Source of the DNA: Bugula neritina
Lineage: Eukaryota > Animalia > Bryozoa
Assembly: GCA_964035545.1 (NCBI GenBank)
Contig: OZ037767.1
Span: 21,096,628-21,160,627, forward strand
DNA length: 64,000 bases
Direction: 5' to 3'
Notes under the pieces: generated by a model
The model's database searches: none
The model's input: only the letters and a program-made list of their open reading frames with translations
What the model was told of the DNA's origin: nothing
Made by a program: the position numbers and the translations under genes
Part shown: positions 1 through 16,601 of the stretch, piece by piece
How the letters are laid out: each line of letters starts with the position of its first letter
How positions within the stretch are numbered: the first letter of the stretch is position 1

Positions 1-3623
<3,623 letters not shown>

Positions 3624-4969
3624 TGTCAATCACCTATCTCGTACACGCTTACTTCCTATACATAAAATTATTTATACACCATCCAGCTATTTTTAGAACA
3701 GCTAAAGAATTTTTGTTAAGATTAAAAACTGAAGATCTATTAACGACGTATACGGTCAGACATTATATACATTACACAATTTTTATTGATTATCCTGCTC
3801 TCATTTTCTGTATTGCAAAGACTAAGTCATTAAGTGGGTAACAAATATACTTTATTCCAAACAAAAAATAGTTCAAGTAAGATTGTGAAATAATCAGAAT
3901 TATCAACTTCAACTCACAGTGTATGGCAGTCATCACACCACTCTTGGTAAGATATGCTTTGCACAGCAATTCTATCCTGTATATAATATAAAACACTCCC
4001 CATCTACAACATAGCAACAAAGTTCTTTTACTTCATGATCCACAGTTTAGGCAGATATTTATTAAAAAGAACGTTTGGTGCATGTGTAGCCTAATGCCAG
4101 CAGAAATAGTCAACAACCATTATCATAAATATTATAATAAATACTTATATTATAATATAAAATTTAATTAACAATGTTATAACAAATATTTATATTATAA
4201 TAAATAATAATAAAATATTAAATTTATTCAACAATATTAAAAATAAATATTAATATTATTATTTTATGTTACTTGGTTATTAATATTATAAATAAATGTA
4301 GTGGTACTACTATGACATTTTCAATAATAATGTGAACATTTTTTTCGTTAAGAATATGTAAAAATTAAATTGTCAAACCTGGGACCCAACCCATACGATT
4401 TAACTAATAATGGTGCAAAAACTGAAAAAAAAGTTGTATTTTTATCTCGAAGATTTTCGAGAATAATTAAAATCAGGCTCGCTATTGTTTTTATTGAAGA
4501 CGCTATCATTACGGTATTGTGTGGCAGAGCTCCGATATAATATCATGGCTATAATACGCATAAAAATATTAAGAGAAGATAACTAATGCGGGTTGTTCGC
4601 TGCGTGTGTTAGCTTTATTTACTATAATATTTGACTTATGATTCCTCTTAGGAAACCGAGTAAAGAACGCCAATTTGGAAGACTACAACTGTGAGTTGAA
4701 GATTAGGTTTAAAATAGCCAACCCTTCACATATCTCAGCAATGCAAGTTTTATAGTCTGACCATCAATATGCAAGAAATGATTAAAAATTTGAAGCAACA
4801 TTATAGGATTGGAAGCTTTTAATATGTCTACACAATATTTTTCTATGGCGTATTACTATATTGATTCTGAAAGTTCTTTGGGTGCAAACATTTACAGTAC
4901 AGCCACAGATCAGGAGAAATAGGCTTGAGTGGCTAGAGCACTGGCCTAGTGTAACACTTAAGCCATTGT

Positions 4970-5143
4970 ATAGTTTTATAAGCAGCTCCGAGTTGGGGGG
5001 TGAATGAATGCAGTAGTTTGTGGTTCCTGAGTTTGGAGTTGGGGGTTCCAAGTTTCAATTCATACCCCCAACTCCTAACTCGATAACCCCAAATCATAAC
5101 TGCACTAATTCACCTCAGTTTGGGGTTGCTTATAGAATCATTC
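4970..5143. mobile_element. Palindromic MITE, family A (arms ...TATAAGCAGCTCCGAGTTG / ...GCTTATAGAA)
   Basis: Imperfect inverted repeat across the whole element. Related copies at 23304-23504 and 33548-33638. Confidence 0.7.
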
Positions 5144-5571
5144 TAAGATATAGGTCAAAGGGACTTGAATCCAGGTAGGGCTACTGTTGAAGGGCACCAA
5201 GGCATGTTGCAAGCATGAGCGGCACAGTTTATAACCAGTGCTGAAGACTTTGAGTGTGTTTATATAATAACAGTGCTAGCATATTTTACAGCATATCTGG
5301 GGTCAAGGTATATATGCCGGCATTCTAAACAAAAAGGAGGTATAAAAGTGCAAGTGATTTAAATAGTGCTTAGTAAGCAAATATTTGTCACATAAGATGA
5401 TTGTCAGCTGTAAAATGAAGCAAATGTCAGACATTGATGTCACAGCTCCAGCTACTAGCATGGCAATTGCTTTTTAATAAAGTCTAGGCTCTAGCAAATA
5501 GTTCTTGTCTATACACTTTACTCTGTTTAGCCTCAAGCCACAACTCTTTCTTTTAATACTTCCCTCTAAAC

Positions 5572-5920
5572 TAGGGCTGTCCAACAAACAGCCCCAGGGT
5601 CGGATGTGGACCTCAGCCTACATATATGTGACCCTCAAAGAGATACAACTAAAATTCATTTTTCACACATATGAATTAGAGTGAAAAACCACCTTCTAAA
5701 AGTCTTATTTATACGCATGCTACAAAACATGCAACCTGCAGTAGCTAACTATTGGGACTTTATTGTGTAGTAATTCATAAGAATTTGGAATAAAATAATT
5801 TAAAAAATACTGATTCTGTGAACCTTTGCCCAAGCTCTAAAGTTTACAATGCAATACGACGCTCGCCATCGGAATATTCCATTTCAGTAGCCCGCACTCT
5901 GAAAAGGTTGGACTCCCCTG
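5572..5920. mobile_element. hAT (Charlie-like) non-autonomous element
   Basis: Termini TAGGGCTGTCCAAC...GTTGGACTCCCCTG, flanked by an 8-bp near-duplication CTCTAAAC (5564-5571) / CTTTAAAC (5921-5928), typical of hAT TSDs. Confidence 0.7.
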
Positions 5921-6004
5921 CTTTAAACTAAAGCAACTTGAAAGTCATGATGGCAGTCAAAGTTACCACCATACAAGTTAAAACTGTGTTCAGCAGAACG
6001 TTAA

Positions 6005-6273
6005 GAATGTATTCTACAGCAAGCTGGGTATGTAATCTACAGAAAGCTGAGACTGTATTCTACAGAAAGCTGAGACTGTATTCTACAGAACGCTGGAAGT
6101 TAATTCTACAGCAAGCTGGGAATGTATTCTACAGCACACTATGAGTGTATTCTACAGCAAGCTGAGACTGTATTCCACAGCAAGCTGAGACTGTATTCTA
6201 CAGAAAGCTGAGAGTGTATTTTACAGAAAGCTGGAAGTTAATTTTACAGCAAGCTGAGAGTGTATTCTACAGC
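6005..6273. repeat. ~23-bp minisatellite (GTATTCTACAGCAAGCTGAGACT)
   Basis: Visible degenerate tandem array, ~11 copies. Confidence 0.9.
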
Positions 6274-8051
6274 AATCATCATGGTACACTGCTGTAGACT
6301 GGAGCATAATATGTGTTTAAAATTAGGTTTTACCACATGTCATCTTGTGATTAATACGAGTAAAACTGATTAAATATGTAACTTCCCTTTGACACCAAAA
6401 TGGTAATATCCTTAAGCAAGGTAACAATAGGAATGGAATATTTTGAACTAGAGGCATCACGCATCAGACTGCATGATACCTCTAGTTAAAAATAGTCCAT
6501 TCCTCTTTGCATGACTTCATGCTAGAGAGCTTTTACAGCAGGTTCTTTAGGATGTGTAAGTGGAGAGACACACAAGTCTATGCTGAATGAGAAATAGGGT
6601 CTTTTCTTAACAATAAGTGGCAGGTCTCTATAATATATATATACCTTGATGTTGAATATAGATATAATTAGATGATGAAAACAATATTCCTAGATATTGT
6701 TATTAAAGACCTCCCTGACTGTATCAGGTAAAAGTTAGTCGAAATAAGGGGGAGAGTCGAAAAAAGGCTGGCAAATGGTAAGACTCATCAAGTTATTCAT
6801 GAGGTTCATCATATTGGACAATCCCTCTGCCAATCTACACAACTCCATAAATTCTCACTCTACCTTATATAATAACTTTATTTACTTTCTCAACATTTAT
6901 CTATTACTGGGTGTACCCAATAACAGAACTGGTATTATCCAGTATAGAAATTACACTTTAGACAGGCTCTGATATCTGTCCATGATGTATTTGCAGTGTA
7001 GGGTGATGTACTGCTACATAAGAGTCTTGATCACTCCAGCACTGGCTAGATTGTTGATGGCCAGGAGCCAAAAGCACATCATAACAAGTAAGCTTGTTTG
7101 TTCCAATGTTTATACAGAAGACTAGCAACACGGTGTACTATTCAAAAGCATATATTTTCCAGACATAGGCTTTTTCCTTTTGCAAGCTTAGTATGCAAAC
7201 CAATAGAACTTAGGCTATGAAATTACCTAACTTGTTTGTGGCAGTAATTTCTTGAATTTTAGCTTATAAAACATAATTAAGTCACATCAGATTCTCTGTT
7301 TGTTGATTTGATATGTTATAGGATTATTTTAATAACTATTGTAGTATTTGTAGTAAAAACCATCACAAAAATCTTTGTTTTTTTTACTAAAAAATTAAGA
7401 AGAAAAACATAAAGTCAAGCAAAATTAGAAGAAAACCTATTAGTTTAGGGCAAAAACTGTATACATTAAAAGCTAAATTGAAAAAATTGCCTAAAAATAG
7501 AGATAGAGTACGTACTAAATTACGTAAAATGACCTCTTTATATATTTTAAGCTTAAAAAGAAAATTTTGCAATGCAAAACCAATACAGCTGTTAATTGGT
7601 GAGTACTTTTGTCAATTCTGCAACTATTCCTTTAGTTTCATCTGGATTAGCTGTAGAAAGTTAAATTTACACTTAAACTCCATCCATGGCTCCATTATAA
7701 TATATACAGTAGTAGTGTAATGATAATTGTATTTCGAAGACATAAATTCATTTAATATAATTACATTGTTTGATATGCTAATAAACCATAAGATAATATA
7801 TGATATAATATTCTATAGTATACTAAAACATAATATGTCACATATTTTTAGCATATTATTATAATTTGACAACTGATATAATATAATATAATATCAATCA
7901 ATAACTATGGATTGTGTGAAGGCCACTCCATCCATGAGATGATCAGCATAATTGGAAACAGAATAATATTATTGTCAACTTCTCCACCTCATGGCACCCT
8001 GGTAAGCTCTATAATTATTCAGACACAGTCTGAGTGACCGTATTGTGTTAG

Positions 8052-8133
8052 CCAATCACAGAGCTGAAGACAAGGTGATAGCATCACGTGGTAGAGTCTC
8101 ATAGCATGCTACTCTATTATTACTTTATTATAA
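8052..8133 (+). promoter_or_regulatory. Candidate promoter of methyltransferase copy 1 (CCAAT, E-box CACGTG, TATA-like)
   Basis: CCAAT at ~8052, CACGTG at ~8085 and TTATATAA at ~8126-8133 occur in promoter-like order. An acceptor (TTCAG, 8821-8825) before the ATG implies an upstream non-coding exon. Motif-only evidence. Confidence 0.3.
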
Positions 8134-8846
8134 CCCTCTTCCTCAAGCAGTACTACATTTTAATCAGGCTTTGACTGCATTATACCTGCACATTCTTTTC
8201 AGTCTAATAAATACCATTGTACTTGGAGGTTGTTTCATTTGGGCCACAGAAAGCAGCGCAGAAGAACGTGTTTGGTTTGGGCTATAACATTGTTAGTACA
8301 AGTTTTAGTGAGTTTTTTTATATTTTTAAAACTATTATTTCACTGCATTTTTTTTATTGTAATACACTGCATTCACTTATGCAATTTATTGCATTTATTT
8401 TTATTTTATTTTTATTGTATTTCCTATTTATTATACCACGTAATCATGTTGATGTAGGCACCATATGACCTGTTTCAAAATTTTGTCAGAAACTGCCGTG
8501 TCAATTGCTTATAAAATTTTCTGTCCTTTCTGAGTTGAACAACTGGCAATAGTTAAAACCTGCTTTTAACTTGCCTTTCCATATTCTATTTGAGTAACTT
8601 TGGCTTATCATTATGAATCATGAAAATAATTTTTAGAACTACTTTGGTTGTGATAATTAAGATGGAAATTTTTTAAGTTTCATATATTTTTTGTGTTTGC
8701 ATCAGTATGCTACATTAAAAATAAAACACTATGTGTACAAGTCTAATAGTTTATATATTATATGATATAACGCAGGATTATAGTTATGATAGTATGCTAT
8801 AACATACGATATATCATATCTTCAGCAGGGAATTGAACATTTGAAC

Positions 8847-11800
8847 ATGGCGGCTATAAAGACGGCAGCACAATGGAGTCATGTGACCAAAGCTGATGTC
8901 AGCAAAGCTGAACAAGAAGTCTATGCATCTCCTGAAAGGATCGAGTTTTACAGCAACAATGCAAACACCTATGAAGCGGACATGGGTTTGCACGGCTACA
9001 GGTACTGGTAGAGCTATATTTCCTTAGAAACTCAAATCCCCTGGTGAACTCACATATATTCCAACTATAAGTAATAAACTTTTTGATTGACTTCAACATT
9101 TGAAGATAATTTTTCATTTTAATCTGAACTTTTTCTAATCTGTTTTCTTGCATAAATTCACACCCTATTGGAACCTAGTAGATGCAACATAAATGAATAA
9201 TTACCTTTGGGTACTGTAACACTCGTAATATTATGTTTTTAACAAATTTTAGAACTTGAGAAAATTGCCTTCATTTTCAAATACTGGCCTTTTTCAAACT
9301 GTAACAAAACTCAAACATTTCAATATTAAAAGTAAAAATAAATATGTATTTTTGTGATATTCAATTGTAGTATGATGTAATTCATATATTTCATGTCTGT
9401 GTGTGTATATAATATAGTACATACGTATATTAGATCTATTTATGTTTATAAAGTGGACCAAAAGTTGCAGCTCAGGCTATGCACAGTTTATTTAAAGACA
9501 GGCCAAACTCCCACCTGTTAGATATCGGTTGTGGAACTGGACTCATTGCTGAGAAGGTAAAAAACTACTGCCTTCTCTTCAATCATTGGTTAACCTTAAC
9601 TGATGCCAGTATTACAGGGCAAGGAAATACACTGCAACACGCTTTGTTTTCTATATTTATTCTAAAATGTTCACTTCAATATAAAACTAGCCAATGAATA
9701 TATACATTTAACAGTAAATACAGTATTCGATAAAAACTAGGATTTGGTAAGCGGAATTAATTATTTTCTTCAATCTACCACAAACGCGCAATAGCATTAA
9801 AACATAACCTGCTGTGTAAAAACTGACAAATTGTGCTGTATGTATTTAAAATAACTTTTGAAATGCTGAAAAATTAGTGGTACAATTTAGAAAGCTGCCT
9901 CTATTTAGAACAGTCGCTTAAATTCAATATCTTTGATATTCCCATTGCTAGCTTAATACTCACAATACCTCTTTGCCCCCCTTCCTTTTCCACTCTTTGT
10001 TCCTTCCTTTTCCACCCCTTTGTTTCTTCTCAATCTACCCACTTGCCTCTTTCCCTTTCCATCCTTTAGTCTCCTTCTCTGTTTACTCTAAATTCTAAAA
10101 CCTGTCAGCAGCTAACCATAGGTTCGTTTATTTTGCATTGCAAAGTATGTGTAGCCTGTATTTCTACACTGTAGTTGCTGTCTCTTGGATCCTACCCTAA
10201 TCTGGAAGGTTTGGAGCCAGCAACAGGCATGAAGATGGTTGCTGAAGGAAAGAAGTTATATAAGAATATAATGCAGAGATTTTTGTATCTCAACTGTGGG
10301 CTGGAACACAGTAAGTTTTATATGCCCTGGTTTACATATTATATAGCTGCTTTCCATCCGTGAGGGAAGACTTAAACTTTCACTTACAGCATGTAGGAGA
10401 TGCATACGTATCATAGTAGCTATTTTTAACAATATAGGTAACTCTACTGAAACAAACATTTAAATATTTTGCATAAAATTAAATTCAAGTTCTACTCCAG
10501 TCCTACAGTTAGTACTTACGCTAGAATCGAGTCGGAAAGTACATGCAGTAGGTAAAAGCAAATGTCTGCTTGCTTGTTTGTCTATTTTCTTCTATCAAGA
10601 TATGCTATAAAGAGACCTGACTATCTAGCAGCTGACAGCTATAAAAGGAAGACTAGAGAATGCACCAAAATTGAGGTACTCATAGACAGAGGCAGCTGCA
10701 TGTGGTGACGTCACCACATGCAGTCACATGACCACAGAGTCACATGATCATAGGCTGTGATCCCAAAATATAGCTTCGGAATTTTATATAATTATGTTGG
10801 AAAACACAGCAAGTTGTTTTATCTGTGCTGTTTACTTTGGCATAAAAATGCAAAGGCTTTATACTTCAAAAACAGTTTTGACTTTATTAAATTAAAGCCA
10901 AAATTATCAAGTTTGTTCTTAACTAATATGCTTTCTCTCCAATAGCCTTCAATTTGTTTTCTTCAACTTGTTTTGGTCTTTCTTTTAGATACTTTTTTGC
11001 AAAAAACTTATTTTCGTCATGCTTGGGTTTTTAACTATAGGTTTAGAGGTTTTGTTGAGGGTGTTAGTGATGATTCCTTTGCTACAACTTACATGTAGAA
11101 TCACAGATGTTTTACTTGAGTTATTTCGCATAGAAATTATTGATGGATATATAATAAAGCTATATAATATATCAAGTAGATGACACCTTATAATAATATT
11201 ATAAGGTGTCATCTACTTGATATATATTATTATACTATATAATACATATTTTACTTATATTATGACTACATGTGTATATCATCTATAGCCTCTTCCTCTC
11301 CCTAGTTATAGTCCTAAGATAAGTCTTCGAAAGATTTTTGAACCAATGGTTATAGAAAGCTTGTATTTTCAGACACATATGATGGAATTGTTTCATCTGG
11401 AACTTTCATTGCTGGGCACATGAAATCTAACTGTTTGATTGAGCTCTGCAACATTCTTAAACCAGGTAAGAAAAACTGTTATGGCATAATTTCTACTTTT
11501 ATGTTATTTCATATGTTTACTAAAGGGAAACCTTTTATGTTTAGTAGAAATTGTCTTTTCTCTATAAACAAAGTGCATATCATATTTATAGAGCTGCAAA
11601 GCTTTAGTACTCCTAATAATAATGCAATTGATGTTTATAAAACATAGAATTTTGTATTTTTGCCTAAAACAAACATTTATTGTAGTTTAGATTTAGTTAA
11701 GTGAGAAAATATAACTTTTGCACTATTATGTCGCAGAAAACCCTGGCCATTAATTTTTTTTTAAACTGTAAGCACTTTAAAATCAATGGGCAAATTAAAT

Positions 11801-12115
11801 TAAAGTCAGAAAATTGCAAGGTTTCTATGTCATTAATATAATTTTGATGCGGCATCTACTGTTTTCAGCACTGTTCTTCACTCACTTGCAAACACCTCAT
11901 ATAAAACTTTACTTGCAGGTGGATATCTGGTGATTACGCTGCGAGATGAGTATTTGAAAGAAGTGGAAGAATACCGACTCAACTTTCAACCAACTATCGA
12001 CCAGCTGGTAAAGGAAGAGAAGTGGAAGGTTATTGTAGACAAGCTACTTCCTGACTGGATATTTGTTGGAAATAAAGGGTTGGCTGGGCGCCTTTTCATA
12101 TTTCAGAAATGTTAG
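8847..12115 (+). CDS. METTL27: METTL27/WBSCR27-like class I SAM methyltransferase, copy 1 (227 aa). Exons 8847-9001, 9454-9556, 10175-10310, 11373-11465, 11919-12115
   Basis: Exons join in frame via GT-AG: RIEFYSNNANTYEADMGLHGYSGP..LLDIGCGTGLIAEKL..LEGLEPATGM..LY..NTYDGIVSSGTF..GH..ELCNILKPGGYLVITLR..FQKC*. This matches the recalled METTL27 pattern (FY..A..Y..D...Y..P; LDVACGTG; G.D.S.GM; TFDAV...G; KPGG). Confidence 0.88.
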
Positions 12116-12732
12116 CCACACATGAATGGAATGTTGTGATTTATAGTTTAGGCAACTAATTCGTAAACACTGCTGATAGTTCTATTAGTTACAACTATGC
12201 ATTCACCATGCTTACAAGATTTCATTAGTATACAACATAATTCAACTAGTAATTATGGATAGGCTTTTATGTCTGCTATAAAAATATATTTCAACATTTT
12301 ATAAAATAACATATTTTTGAATTCATGGTTTTGACAGCCACTTTTTTACTATTTCTATTGTGTTTCATTATATTTTTATTGTTTTACAATAATAAAATGA
12401 TCTGTTAGATCCACAAGATCTGCTTTTACCTACAGGGAGAGCTATGCTGTGGCCAGCTTAGTTGATCTACATTCTACAGTATGTGCTAATGTGTTTGAAG
12501 AAAAATCATCCAATCGTAGTCATAGTCATTTCAAATATGCGTCAAGTCACCACTGCGTTGTAGGAGTCAAAACCCATTTACTTGACTGACTGATATAAAT
12601 CAGGATTAACTATTGATGCCAAGTTATTAGTTTTTTCACAAAAGAGCATAGAGGTAGAAAATACCATTATACAAAGTTTTGCATCTTAATTAGGAAACAA
12701 GTTCATGCGTACTTATTGTAACTATATAATCA

Positions 12733-13022
12733 AAGTATTATATATAACTGTAGAGTATTATATATAACTGTAGAGTATTATATATAACTGTAGTGTATTA
12801 TATATAACTGTAGAGTATTATATATAACTGTAGAGTATTATATATAACTGTAGAGTATTATTGATAACCGTAGAGTATTATATATAACTGTAGAGTATTA
12901 TATATAACTGTAGAGTATTATATATAACTGTAGAGTATTATTGATAACCGTAGAGTATTATATATAACTGTAGAGTATTATAGATGACTGTAGAATATTA
13001 TATATAGCTGTAGAGTACTGTA
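12733..13022. repeat. 20-bp minisatellite (TATATAACTGTAGAGTATTA)n, ~14 copies
   Basis: Directly visible. Confidence 0.96.
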
Positions 13023-13309
13023 AAGTATTGTTTCAACATTTTTTCGCATCAACAGTCTGCTGGAAAATACTACTAACCTTTAGTTTATAGTTACCGCAAG
13101 TTTTAGAATTATATCTGCTCAATTTATCAAAGGTTTTTCTCTTATTGATGACTTTTCGAGGTACGGTAATCATGAATTAAAAGCTAGCAATACTTTTCTT
13201 GTAACTTTTTTTATCTTTCATGAAGATTTTTTATGTTTTTATTGTATGTGATGTCAGTTCACGTTAATAATTCACCATATTTTACACAGGTGTGTTGCAG
13301 CAAGCCAAT

Positions 13310-14986
13310 ATGAAATCTGTGAACACCAAGACTGACTGGAAGCCTGTTCTGATTCCACAAGCAGAGCTTGGTGACAGCGAAAGAACAAAGTTTTATAATA
13401 ACCACGCAGTAGATTACGATGCTGACTATAAAGTATACTCTTACAGGTGTGGATATCATAAAGTATATAAATGGTGTCTGTAGGATGGTGGTTGGGGTTT
13501 GGGAAAATTTATCAACAGTGTGCAATTTTATCTACTTTTCCATTTGTGCCATTTTTACCTAAAATCAATATAAACATGATCGTGAGTCATTTTACTTAAT
13601 TTAGTACACACTGGAAATCTCCAGTGTTTAGCTGTTTTGTTCAATTTAGCTGGGCTTTGCCCAAAACTAGTAAAATATCAATAAATACACCTAAATAATC
13701 AAAGTTCTTCTTAATTTTGCTTGATTTCTCATGTTTTTTCCTATCTATTTAGCTAGTTTGGATTGTGGACCGTTACGAAACAACCATAACGGTCAGCAAT
13801 CGAAAGTAGCTGAATAATTAAGAAAAAACATGGGAAATCAAGCAAAATTAAAAAGAACCTTGATTATTTAGGTGTATTTATTGATATTTTAATAGTTTTG
13901 GGCAAAGCCCAGCTAAATTGAACAAAACAGCTAAACACTGGAGATTTCCAGTGTGTACTAAATTGAGTAGAATGACTGGTATGCTGTGGCACAGAATCAG
14001 ACGCAGTACCTGGTGTCAATAATGGCCCTGTCAAGGTTAGACAAATGACCTTTGGTTTATTAGGCCTGTGCTTTAGCCACTAGACCACAGCTATTATATT
14101 GTATATATAATATCTTAGGTGAGTATTCTTACAAGTGTATTTATAGGAACGTCTGTCTGGATAGAAGTTGACTTTTGACAATAACAAACCTCATTTAAAC
14201 AGCAAATGCTTAGCTCATTCTGAGAAAGTTAACCAAACTGAAACTTGCTGACTACCCAAGTTCCAAAATCAGACAATATTTCATTATTTGCAACACTTTT
14301 TGCAGCCTCCCACTATTTGTGCAGCCTTTACATACCCTGATAATGCAACAATACACTTCAACCTTTAGTAGATTGCATATAAGCAGATGTATGAGTATAA
14401 CAACACTGGCATGCTTCATCAACATGAAAGACAATGTATAGTGTCTGCAGCATGTCCCGGTCACATGTACATGGGGGTGAGAATGTAGAGCAGGGAGCTA
14501 AGAAATAGCTGTATCTCTACACAGACATTCTCTAGACAGCAATGGGCTTACTGCTTAGCTCCATAGCAAACATGTTTATCTTATATTTTGTGAGATCATG
14601 AGACAAAGTTGCATACACACAGTTCTTGTGCAATTAAAAGGTTCAACTATTAGGAATTCCCATGGGGACACAATCTTAAAACAAAATTAAGGTTCAAATC
14701 TGTGCAACTCCTGTGTGCAGAAGAGATAGTGTTTAGTAAGAAAACAACCTGTGAGTAGTTATTTAATGCAAACTGGCTGACTCAGGCTTATGCTGTCTTA
14801 AGCTCTGGCTTTCTCCAACTTAACCAGCACTTTTCTGAAGTTTACATGTAATAGTCAATAGAGGGTTAAAAACAGTTTTTATTAGAAGTAAAAGCTGCTT
14901 CTTCATGCAGACATTCAAGTCAGGTTTCTCAGTAGAACATGGATTTCATAAAAATTATATTTGGTACAATTGTATTTATATTATAT

Positions 14987-15080
<94 letters not shown>

Positions 15081-16601
15081 TACCATAATTATAATTATAT
15101 TTGGTTGGTTTAATTGGGAATAATATGACTCTATATCTCAACAGTGGACCTCGAGTCGTGGCTCAGACCACACACGATTTATTCAAAGAGAGGCTAGACT
15201 CCCGCATCCTAGATGTCGGTAGTGGAACTGGACTCATAGCAGAGAAGGTAAGGTTTCATACTAAGCCTCCATTTAGGTAGAAAAGTTGAGAAGTTCTAAT
15301 AGTCTAAGTTCGTTTCTGCACGGATTGAAATTTTTCAAGTCTTCAAGAAACAACTGCACTCAGATTAAACTTGCAGATTAATTTTAGTTGTTTTAAAAGA
15401 ACCTGGCAGGTTCCTTCTAGAAGTAAAGTCATAGCATAGCAGAGCAACTGCTTCGTTAATATTTGAAATTTCTGGTATAAGCATTTATTATCTCTCGTGT
15501 TTTTGTAATACAGTTGTTGGCTCTGGGACAGTACACTAACTTGGAGGGTTTGGAACCATCAGAGGGTATGAATAAGATTGCAAAGGAAAAGAAGTTGTAC
15601 ACAAATATAATGCAACAATTTCTGTACCTTGACTGTGGGCTGGAACATAGTACGTATAGTAATATTATATGCAATATGGTAATTGCTATGTATAATAGTA
15701 TAGTATATAATAGTGTGTGACGGGTTGTATAACATTGTAGATACATATGATGGAGTTGTGACTTGCGGAACGTTTGTAGCTGGACACATGAAATCTGAGG
15801 TGTTAGTTGAGATTTGTAACATACTTAAACCAGGTAAGATTATACAAGTTTACCTTCAGAACCTTCCAGTATTTTCCTGGTCGTTAAACTCTCATTGATG
15901 TGCAATTCTCACCAACACCCTCCGTCTCTAGGGTTTTTTCAACTCTTTTTGTACATAACCAGTATACAGCTTGATTCTGCATTAGTCATCAGAGTCAAGA
16001 AAAAATACCAGAAAAAAACTTTCTTAGTGTTTTTATGTTTATTTTTGTTTTAAAAGTTATAAAATAAAAAACTGATTCCCTTTAGTGTTGATTTGAGAGA
16101 CTTCAAGCATAGTAAAGTTAAAAGTTTTGCTTTTGTATGCAATTCCTGTGCTTGTATCACCATTTTGTTATATAAAGTATTTCCAATACTCTCCAAAGTC
16201 AGAAAACTGTCCAATCAAATATCTAGTGGAAGGGCAAAAGCAATTTTTGATAATAGAATTGAAGTATTGCAAACAACATTTCTAATAACAAATCGTGGAA
16301 TCTGAAATATAATTTTTTCTCCTAACACATGTCACAAAGATTCTGCTGATTATGTGATTATGCTCTGCTGCCTGTATAGCACTGTATCGTTCAACGTGCA
16401 GGTGGGTATTTCATAATGGCTATGAGAGACGAGTATTTGGAAACAGTGGAAGAGTATAAACTGCACCTGAGATCTACCATCAACAATCTGGTTAAAGAAG
16501 AAAAATGGAGGACAGTTAGAGACGAAGTTTTTTCAAACTGGTGGTTGCTTGAGAACAATCACGGATTAGATGGTCATTTGTTTGTTTTCCAGAAATGTTA
16601 G
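13310..16601 (+). CDS. METTL27: METTL27-like methyltransferase, copy 2 (222 aa). Exons 13310-13446, 15145-15247, 15514-15649, 15741-15833, 16402-16601
   Basis: Same intron positions and phases and same internal exon sizes (103/136/93 nt) as copy 1. Motif ILDVGSGTG; ends FQKC*. No stops or frameshifts seen. Confidence 0.87.
13585..13977. mobile_element. 393-bp foldback/MITE (two ~190-bp inverted arms) in intron 1 of copy 2
   Basis: AGTCATTTTACTTAATTTAGTACACACTGGAAATCTCCAGTG... is mirrored by ...CACTGGAGATTTCCAGTGTGTACTAAATTGAGTAGAATGACT. A diverged single arm of the same family lies at ~7390-7535. Confidence 0.85.
14025..14093 (-). mobile_element. Degenerate tRNA-derived SINE head
   Basis: Minus strand reads AGCTGTGGTCTAGTGGCTAAAGCACAGGCC (A-box-like). 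The B-box is degenerate. Confidence 0.35.
14993..15073. repeat. (AT)n microsatellite
   Basis: Directly visible. Confidence 0.98.

Noticed and set aside
16093-16305. Apparently conserved small ORFs shared between duplicated regions (16093/36849, 20731/39547, 35260/40852)
   Set aside because: They lie in duplicated intron or UTR DNA and differ by frameshifts between copies, so the similarity reflects recent duplication, not coding constraint.
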